This document shows positions 57,645-64,000 of a DNA stretch of 64,000 nt, piece by piece. Origin of the DNA: a virus; the IMG/VR virus record IMGVR_UViG_3300024313_000004, positions 32,001 to 96,000 of that record; one strand, 5' to 3'. The notes beneath the pieces are model-generated. The model saw only the letters and a program-made list of their open reading frames with translations. It had not been told where the DNA came from and did not search any database. Every line of letters begins with the position of its first letter. Positions within the stretch are counted from its first letter, which is position 1. The position numbers were made by a program, and so were the translations under genes.

Positions 57645-57884
57645 ATGGATAATAAATTGGCGGTTTGTAGTAGTCCTTGGTGTAAGGCAACATTTTCTTA
57701 TACTGATAGTGATATGGTTGGTAATGAAGATGTTAAATCACCACCTAAAAATTGTCCAAAATGTATAAGTTTTGATAATGAACTTAGTGGTGGTGTTACT
57801 TGGCTCGATAAAGAATATGAGGGTAGTAGATTTGATGTTATGCCACATGAAATAAAATATAAAGTAACAAATTTTAGACTATGA
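57645..57884 (+). CDS. Small Zn-ribbon protein
   Basis: CSSPWC...CPKC. Confidence 0.65.
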   Translation: MDNKLAVCSSPWCKATFSYTDSDMVGNEDVKSPPKNCPKCISFDNELSGGVTWLDKEYEGSRFDVMPHEIKYKVTNFRL

Positions 57885-58726
57885 ATGCACATTTTTTTGA
57901 CATAGAGACTATCTTGGTCATGGATAGCAAGGTTTGGTTGGTTGATAAGAATAGTCCAAATTTTCCAGTATTCAAAATTAGCAATTCTGACTTTAACCTT
58001 ATAAGAAGTGGAATATACAAAAGTAAAAAAAATTCTATATATTTTGGTGGATCATCTTATTGGTTACCGGATGATTTAATGAATAGTATTAAAATAAAGT
58101 GTAAAAATCTTAATATAGATATAACAGATCTAACATTTTCTATGCAGGAATTTATGAATTCTGATATAATAGAAACACTTGATTATGATATTAATATAGA
58201 TAACTTAATACACTTAAAAAATAAAAATGATGATATCTATTTTATTTGCTCTAAAAACAATAAAAAAAATTATGATAAAATAATTAAGAAGATTGAGAAT
58301 AAGTTAGAGGAAGTTGGTCTTTTTATTAAAAAATATTATTTTATATCAGATACATTTTACAATAGAGACTTAGATGATATATCACATAAAAAGATTAGGT
58401 TATTATTACAACATTCAATTGGAATGAAAACAGATGGTGATAAATTTGTTGACGATGAACTTCAAAGTTATGATGATATTTACTTCTATGATGATGATCA
58501 AAATACAATAAGTCTTGGTATAAAATGTAATAACCTTTTACAACTTATTATTGATAATAGTGATTCTGATATAAAATCCGAGATAATTGATTTATTAAAA
58601 TCTGAGAATAAAAATATTTATTTTAATTTTGTTAGTACTAACAAGGTTAAAAGATTTTCAACTACCAAGGTTGTAATAAAATATAACATGATAAAGACTT
58701 TTGAGAATTTTAATTGGAAGAAATAG
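57881..58726 (+). CDS. Degenerate HAD-fold protein
   Basis: HFFDIETIL (motif I-like), YFYDDD (motif IV-like); C-terminal IKTFENF motif. Confidence 0.5.
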   Translation: MNAHFFDIETILVMDSKVWLVDKNSPNFPVFKISNSDFNLIRSGIYKSKKNSIYFGGSSYWLPDDLMNSIKIKCKNLNIDITDLTFSMQEFMNSDIIETLDYDINIDNLIHLKNKNDDIYFICSKNNKKNYDKIIKKIENKLEEVGLFIKKYYFISDTFYNRDLDDISHKKIRLLLQHSIGMKTDGDKFVDDELQSYDDIYFYDDDQNTISLGIKCNNLLQLIIDNSDSDIKSEIIDLLKSENKNIYFNFVSTNKVKRFSTTKVVIKYNMIKTFENFNWKK

Positions 58727-58727
58727 A

Positions 58728-59351
58728 CTATTTATTCTTATCTTGTTCTTTATTCAACATTGCCATCTTAATCATATCATTCAATTTTCTATTATCAGTT
58801 ATCTCACCTTCTGGTTTTGACTCTATCTCTTCTGATACTTGTGTTTCTTGTTCAATCTCTTCGTATCCTAAATCCTTTCTAAGTGTTTTATAGAACTTTT
58901 CCAATTCGGTCTTTTGTCCAGATAAAAACTTGGCATTTTCTCTTATTTGACCAACTGTTTGATTGACAACTTCATGCATTCTTGCAGAATTATCGCCATT
59001 ATCAACTTGCCTCATTTGTGTAAGTAAATTCTTTCTAGTCATCTTTGTTAAGAAGATTGCTTCTGCATAAACCATAGCATCCTCTTTCATTTTACTTTTT
59101 ATATAAGGATGTTCTTTTAATTTAGGAACATCACCTAAGTATAAATCTACAAGTGGTTCAACAACATCCATTGCTTGTTGACTTGCAACTGTTAAATCCG
59201 AATCATAGTCATATATTTCAATTTCTCCCAAATCGGGTAGATCCTCTGGTCTTGCAAGATGTTTAGAAAAGTCGAAATCACCGTTTTCTGACTGTATTTC
59301 GTCAAATTCGTATTTTATTCTATTTTTTTCATTTTCTTCTTTTTTAGACAT
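58728..59351 (-). CDS. Probable terminase small subunit (gp16-like)
   Basis: Helical; GDNSARMHEVVNQ resembles the SPRxYEV motif of T4-type TerS; near terL. Confidence 0.45.
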   Translation of the reverse strand: MSKKEENEKNRIKYEFDEIQSENGDFDFSKHLARPEDLPDLGEIEIYDYDSDLTVASQQAMDVVEPLVDLYLGDVPKLKEHPYIKSKMKEDAMVYAEAIFLTKMTRKNLLTQMRQVDNGDNSARMHEVVNQTVGQIRENAKFLSGQKTELEKFYKTLRKDLGYEEIEQETQVSEEIESKPEGEITDNRKLNDMIKMAMLNKEQDKNK

Positions 59352-59526
59352 GGTTTATATGATTATTTTTAGTTTTTTCTTTTTCTAAAAAGTTTTTAAG
59401 AATCTTATCCATTAGTTTTGATTTATTAATTGAATTCTCTTCACAATATTGTTCAAACTCTTTGTAAGTCTCTATGTCTACAGAGAAACCAACTTTTAAT
59501 TTATTTACTCCCGATTTTCTTCCCAT
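59344..59526 (-). CDS. Ribbon-helix-helix (CopG/Arc-like) DNA-binding protein
   Basis: KVGFSVD (strand) ETYKEFEQYCEE (helix) INKSKLMDKILKNF (helix). Confidence 0.75.
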   Translation of the reverse strand: MGRKSGVNKLKVGFSVDIETYKEFEQYCEENSINKSKLMDKILKNFLEKEKTKNNHINHV

Positions 59527-59603
59527 ATTGTATATATAAATTGAAAAAAGTGTATTTTTTCCACTTTTACTACTTTATATATACAAAAAATAAATGTATA
59601 TAT

Positions 59604-61748
59604 ATGGCAGTGAAGTCAAATGATGAAAGACAAATGGTATTTACTACTAAATTTGTTGATGAGGCCACTGATAAGATAAATGATGGTGTTGTTGTTAAGA
59701 GATATCAAAATCCTTGGATGAAGAGTGAGGTCGGTATCAGAAGAGCCGGTGTCTCTTTCAGGATGACACCTGAAGAACAACAAGAATACGTAAGATGTGC
59801 GTTAGATATACATTACTTTACAGAAAAGTATTGTAAGACAAAAAGAGAAGATGGATCTGTTGGTTCTATTACTCTTAGGGACTATCAAAAAGAAATATTA
59901 GATAATTTTGTAAATAATAGATTTAATATACTTATGGCATCAAGACAGGTTGGTAAAACCGTGTCTTCTGCAATTTTCATACTACATACAATATTATTTA
60001 ATAATGATAAAAACTGTATGATTGTTGCGAATAAGGGTGATACTGCTGTTGAGATTGTCGATAAGGTTAAATCGATATACACATTACTACCATTTTTTTT
60101 AAAACCTGGTGTTAAGACTTGGAACCAGAAATCACTAACATTCGAGAATGGTTGTAGAATAAAAACATCTGCTAGATCTAAGACTCCTGCGATCGGTTTT
60201 ACGATTGATGTTCTTTACTTAGATGAGTTTGCACATATTCCATCGAATATTATTGAACCGTACTATACGGCGGCATTTCCGACCGTATCTGCAGTACAGA
60301 ATTCTAAAATTATAATAACTTCAACTCCAAATGGTATGAATTTATTTCATAGGTTACTTATTGATGCAGAGAGACCTGATGGTGATCCATTGAAGAATAA
60401 CTATAAACCAATGAGAGTTTATTGGTATCAAGTACCTGGTAGGTTTGTTACTTATATAAGATTAAATCCACATAAACTTTATGAGTATGGTGTTACTAAG
60501 GATGATATCTTTGATTTAGTGAATGGTGAATATGGTGAGAAAACAAAGGTTAAAATTGAGTTTAATATGGATCAACAGAAAGATGTTATTCATGTATTTA
60601 ATAATGATAAATGTACGGATGAACAGGTAAAGTCTATACATTTCATAGATAAAAATGGTTTTGAAACTTCTATATTAGCCATTGCAGAGTTGACTACTTG
60701 GCAGGATGAGGCGATAAAGGATATCGGTGGTGAAGATGCGTTCAATCAAGAGTATGGTTTGAGATTCATAAATGGTAGTAAGTCACTTTTGAATGAGGCA
60801 ATAATTGATGAGTTATTAAAATCTAAACGAAATTATAAATATGAGGAGATATCAGAATTTAAAAATAAATTGAAATTTATATATGAGGACCTAAAATGGA
60901 TTGACGATGATGGAATATTCGTACCATTAAGACGAAAAGATTATAAATTTGTGTTATCGGTTGATATATCAGAGGGACTTGGTCAAGATTACTCTATAAT
61001 AAATATTTTTAAGGTTTCTGAGAAACCAATTGATGTAATAGAACAACAAAAACATAAATATAAATCTATAACTGACTTTTTTAGATTAGAACAAGTTGGT
61101 ATGTTTAGAAATAACTTTGTTTCGGTTAAACAACTTTCTGAAATTCTTTATTTATTAGTATTTGAATATTTAAATCCTGAGAATGTTAGAGTTGTTTTGG
61201 AGTTAAATAATTATGGTAATACTTTACTTGCAGAAATGCCACATGTTTTTGATGGTAATAATAACTACGGTTCATCTGTTTTTGTTAGATATAAACATAG
61301 AATAGATTCTACCGAAGAAAAGGTTGGTCTTAAAGTTGGTGAAAATAAGAATATGATGGTTAAGGATTATCAAGATCTTATGTATAGTAAAGGTTTTCAT
61401 ATAACAAATGAAGATAACATACGTGAGATTACGACATTCGTTAAACATACTACAAGTGCTGGTAATACAAGATATGCTGCCGATGTTGGTCATGATGATA
61501 CTGTTATGACGATAGTTAATGCCACTTCTATATTTAATAAACCAGAGTTTAAAGAGTTAGTAGAAGAATGGGGTAATAAGTATAGTCCAAAGGAATTTAT
61601 GAACTATGTAAATGAATGTATGAGAAATATGGATTATGTACAGGGTCTCGATTATGGTCAAGTACTTAAAGTAAGAAGACAGGTTAAATCAAGAGTACAA
61701 AATACTGGTGGTAATGTTAGTGGTATAAACTGGTTTAATAAAAGTTAA
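59604..61748 (+). CDS. terL: Terminase large subunit (T4 gp17-like)
   Basis: Start at ATG 59604 (MAVKSN); ASRQVGKT Walker A, LYLDEFA Walker B, TSTPNG, VDISEGLGQDYS, GHDDTVM nuclease. Confidence 0.93.
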   Translation: MAVKSNDERQMVFTTKFVDEATDKINDGVVVKRYQNPWMKSEVGIRRAGVSFRMTPEEQQEYVRCALDIHYFTEKYCKTKREDGSVGSITLRDYQKEILDNFVNNRFNILMASRQVGKTVSSAIFILHTILFNNDKNCMIVANKGDTAVEIVDKVKSIYTLLPFFLKPGVKTWNQKSLTFENGCRIKTSARSKTPAIGFTIDVLYLDEFAHIPSNIIEPYYTAAFPTVSAVQNSKIIITSTPNGMNLFHRLLIDAERPDGDPLKNNYKPMRVYWYQVPGRFVTYIRLNPHKLYEYGVTKDDIFDLVNGEYGEKTKVKIEFNMDQQKDVIHVFNNDKCTDEQVKSIHFIDKNGFETSILAIAELTTWQDEAIKDIGGEDAFNQEYGLRFINGSKSLLNEAIIDELLKSKRNYKYEEISEFKNKLKFIYEDLKWIDDDGIFVPLRRKDYKFVLSVDISEGLGQDYSIINIFKVSEKPIDVIEQQKHKYKSITDFFRLEQVGMFRNNFVSVKQLSEILYLLVFEYLNPENVRVVLELNNYGNTLLAEMPHVFDGNNNYGSSVFVRYKHRIDSTEEKVGLKVGENKNMMVKDYQDLMYSKGFHITNEDNIREITTFVKHTTSAGNTRYAADVGHDDTVMTIVNATSIFNKPEFKELVEEWGNKYSPKEFMNYVNECMRNMDYVQGLDYGQVLKVRRQVKSRVQNTGGNVSGINWFNKS

Positions 61749-61771
61749 AGCCACTCAATGAGTGGCCTTTT
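61748..61771. terminator. Terminator, CCACTCA/TGAGTGG family
   Basis: AAGCCACTCA-A-TGAGTGGCCTTTT. Confidence 0.8.
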
Positions 61772-61773
61772 AA

Positions 61774-62052
61774 TTAGTTTGCTTCCATAGTTACTGAAAG
61801 TCCAGATACTGATAACTTTTCTTTCATTGTTGAGATTGTTTCGTAATCACCATATTTCACGTCACATTTGCCCTTAAAATGTACTATGTGTGCACATTGG
61901 TTTGCCTGTTCTTCTTGATGCTTACATACTTTCATAAGACATGTGATTACCCAATCGAAAGAATTGTGATCATCATTGTGAAGTTCTAATCTATAAGGTT
62001 TTGATAAAATCTCCTCAACCTTAGACTCTACTTGTTCTTTAGTTTTACTCAT
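61774..62052 (-). CDS. clpS: ATP-dependent Clp protease adaptor ClpS
   Basis: LHNDDHNSFDWV...QCAHIVHFKGKC, canonical ClpS motifs. Confidence 0.9.
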   Translation of the reverse strand: MSKTKEQVESKVEEILSKPYRLELHNDDHNSFDWVITCLMKVCKHQEEQANQCAHIVHFKGKCDVKYGDYETISTMKEKLSVSGLSVTMEAN

Positions 62053-62088
62053 ATTGTATTTATCTCTTTTTTTATTATATATTATATA

Positions 62089-62616
62089 CTAGATCCCTGA
62101 TATAGTTGTTGTGGTTTTATTGACAACATCTATAATTTCACTTTTAATATCAAGTTCTTTTGCCCATTCTACAAACTTTGGTAAGTGTGCTTCACGATCA
62201 TCATAGAACTTTAATTCTTCCACACCCATTTTTGTAATCATTCTTTCAAGTAGGTTACATTTGAATATAAATGTATCACTTCCCCAGTTTAAGTGTACTT
62301 CGTCGAACTCTATATTATTATCCCTTAGAATCTTTTCTACATTAGTTCTCATACCAGGAACTTTATCTAATCTTCCGGTTGCCATAATAACATATGCGTC
62401 TGGATCCGCAACTGCTTCTAAATATCTTTGGTATGTCCATTCATTCTTTGGGATATCAAAGATATCATCATCAATAGATTCTGGTTTACCCCACCATCCT
62501 CTATGTGGCCACTCTGTTCCTGTTTTTTCTTTCCAGACTATTTTACCTTCTTCAGGAAGAGGTGTGTGGAAAAGTGTATCATCAAAATCGAAACAGATAA
62601 GTCTTTTATATTGCAT
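62089..62616 (-). CDS. HAD phosphatase (Swiss Army Knife RNA-repair-like)
   Basis: CFDFDDTLFHTP, WWGKPES, MATGR, FYDDR. Confidence 0.82.
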   Translation of the reverse strand: MQYKRLICFDFDDTLFHTPLPEEGKIVWKEKTGTEWPHRGWWGKPESIDDDIFDIPKNEWTYQRYLEAVADPDAYVIMATGRLDKVPGMRTNVEKILRDNNIEFDEVHLNWGSDTFIFKCNLLERMITKMGVEELKFYDDREAHLPKFVEWAKELDIKSEIIDVVNKTTTTISGI

Positions 62617-62685
62617 AAGTCTTTTATTTATTTATACAAATATATATAAAATATTTTGATATATAAAATAAATTATAAAAAATTT

Positions 62686-63468
62686 ATGAAAATTTCAACA
62701 CAGAGAAATATACTAGTAATAGTATTGATAATCCTACTGTTTTTATTTATTCGTTCTTGTAGTGGTTCGAGTAGTCAATTAAATACACTTAATCAGAATA
62801 TATTCACATTAAATGATTCTATTAGAACATATCGTGATGATAATGGTAAACTTGTTTATGAGAAAGGTGTGCTTATATCAGAAAATGGTAATTTGAATAG
62901 TCTTAATAGTAATTTATCAAAAGAGGTTAAATATTTAAAGGATAATCCAATTGTGATTATAAGACCCGTTATTAGTATAACTCATGATACTACTTATATT
63001 GAAATAAAATCTACAAGTCCTGGTAAATGGGATGGTAATACTTTTACAAAAAACTTCGAATGGGATTTAAGTAATAAATATTCATCAAAAAACTATAGAT
63101 TACTTGAGGGTAATTTTGATGTAAATATTGATAGTTCCTTTAACATATCAACATCTAAAATGTCTATTACTAAAGATGAATTTAACATTGAATTATCTAC
63201 TGGCTTAACTGAAAATAAAGATGGTATATTGGAGATTTTTGTTAAAAGTGATTATCCAGGATTTAAACCATCTAAATTAGATGGTGCTTTAATTGATCCA
63301 AAAGACTCCGACGTTTTGAAAAAATACTTTCCGCCTAAAAAATGGGCAATTGGTGTTTACGGTGGTTATGGTGTTGGTTTAAATCCTGTCACTTTACTTC
63401 CAGTCACGGGTGTACAAATAGGTATAGGTTTACAGTATAATATATTACAATGGAATTTTAAAAAGTGA
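62686..63468 (+). CDS. Membrane-anchored coiled-coil protein with beta-stranded C-terminus (spanin/Rz-like candidate)
   Basis: Start likely 62686; N-terminal TM ending IRSC; KKWAIGVYGGYG...GIGLQYN. Confidence 0.45.
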   Translation: MKISTQRNILVIVLIILLFLFIRSCSGSSSQLNTLNQNIFTLNDSIRTYRDDNGKLVYEKGVLISENGNLNSLNSNLSKEVKYLKDNPIVIIRPVISITHDTTYIEIKSTSPGKWDGNTFTKNFEWDLSNKYSSKNYRLLEGNFDVNIDSSFNISTSKMSITKDEFNIELSTGLTENKDGILEIFVKSDYPGFKPSKLDGALIDPKDSDVLKKYFPPKKWAIGVYGGYGVGLNPVTLLPVTGVQIGIGLQYNILQWNFKK

Positions 63469-63523
63469 AAAAAATCATATTTTTTACTTAATATATAACT
63501 ATATAAAAAATTAAACAAAAAGA

Positions 63524-64000
63524 ATGAAACATATCAGACAATTTGAAAGTTTTAGAGTTCAAAAGAATAGAGAAGAGATAATTAAAGAATCTGTTCTACA
63601 AGTGAACGATTTATATAAGGTTAAAACAATGATTGATATTCCACAATCATTAATAAATTCTTATGTTAAGAAAGTAAAAGAAACGACAGGTAAAAATCTT
63701 CGTCAATTTTTCGGTGATGTTGATATTGCAGAAGAGATTGTTAAATATATCACATTGAATAATACTGATATTGATAAAATACCGGGTAATGCTCTAATGG
63801 GTGGTGCACAAGGTCAATCACAGGCTCAAGGTCAGGGTCAAGTTCAGATACAAACTGAAGTTCAACCACAGGCACAGACTCAAGGTCAAGAAGAAGTTCA
63901 ACCACAAGGTCAAGAAGAAGTTCAACCACAAGGTCAAGAAGAAGTTCAACCACAAGGTCAAGAAGAAGTTCAACCACAAGGTCAAGAAGAAGTTCAACCA
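63524..64000 (+). CDS. Truncated ORF (MKHIRQFESF family) with Q/E-rich repeats
   Basis: Not in the track because it runs off the window; open for 159 codons; TAATATATA at 63489. Confidence 0.8.
   Translation, partial: MKHIRQFESFRVQKNREEIIKESVLQVNDLYKVKTMIDIPQSLINSYVKKVKETTGKNLRQFFGDVDIAEEIVKYITLNNTDIDKIPGNALMGGAQGQSQAQGQGQVQIQTEVQPQAQTQGQEEVQPQGQEEVQPQGQEEVQPQGQEEVQPQGQEEVQP
63881..64000 (+). repeat. 24-nt perfect tandem repeat x5 or more (CAAGGTCAAGAAGAAGTTCAACCA)
   Basis: Five identical copies up to the window end, encoding QGQEEVQP. Confidence 0.95.

Noticed and set aside
59430-59603. N-terminal extension of terL given by the track
   Set aside because: It overlaps the RHH gene on the other strand and the promoter region; the composition is non-protein-like; ATG 59604 is the better start.
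60444-60698. Intein in terminase
   Set aside because: No C/S/T N-terminal nucleophile, no TxxH block and no HN C-terminus.
1543-63977. Short antisense or alternate-frame ORFs in the track (e.g. 1543, 5703, 7090, 31961, 54064, 63750)
   Set aside because: They lie within longer, motif-supported genes and have compositions typical of shadow frames.
1-64000. Stop-codon reassignment (TAG or TGA) as in Lak or crAss-like phages
   Set aside because: Long genes are intact in code 11, TAG ends genes before terminators or gaps (1341, 22273, 35690), and TAG readthrough would not fix the pol frame.
63881-64000. CRISPR array at the 24-nt or 18-nt repeats
   Set aside because: Repeats are head-to-tail with no spacers, lie in frame within CDSs, and no cas genes are present.

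Overview
A 64-kb segment of a large, very AT-rich (roughly 70% A+T by eye) T4-like contractile-tailed jumbo/huge phage. The host is probably Bacteroidota, inferred from the absence of Shine-Dalgarno motifs plus ClpS, M42 peptidase, DUF6576-like and spanin-like genes. The window holds replication/recombination genes (primase, C-terminal half of a split family-B DNA polymerase, sliding-clamp-like, UvsY-like, gp47/SbcD nuclease, adenine methylase). It also holds virion and packaging genes (tail sheath, tail tube, hub/tail chaperone pair, tape-measure-like, baseplate-like, GTS-repeat tail fibre, terminase large and probable small subunits), dispersed lysis genes, host-derived enzymes, and about 20 proteins sharing a MK(Y/H)(I/L)KK(F/Y)ExF-type signal. 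The most striking feature is in the polymerase gene. Its true start (10898, minus strand, missed by the ORF track) gives 34 codons ending QLAL, then GTT-TAG and a GC-rich hairpin. The gene resumes 40 nt later in another frame at KLVLNGSYG. Removing exactly 40 nt restores catalytic motif B (QLALKLVLNGSYG). The gap is flanked by synonymous Leu codons (CUU/CUA), is preceded by a second long stem-loop, and lies next to a free-standing HNH endonuclease. This looks like a candidate programmed ribosomal-bypass cassette analogous to T4 gene 60/mobA, but in a DNA polymerase. No tRNA, rRNA or CRISPR array was found. All family assignments come from motif recognition; no searches were run.
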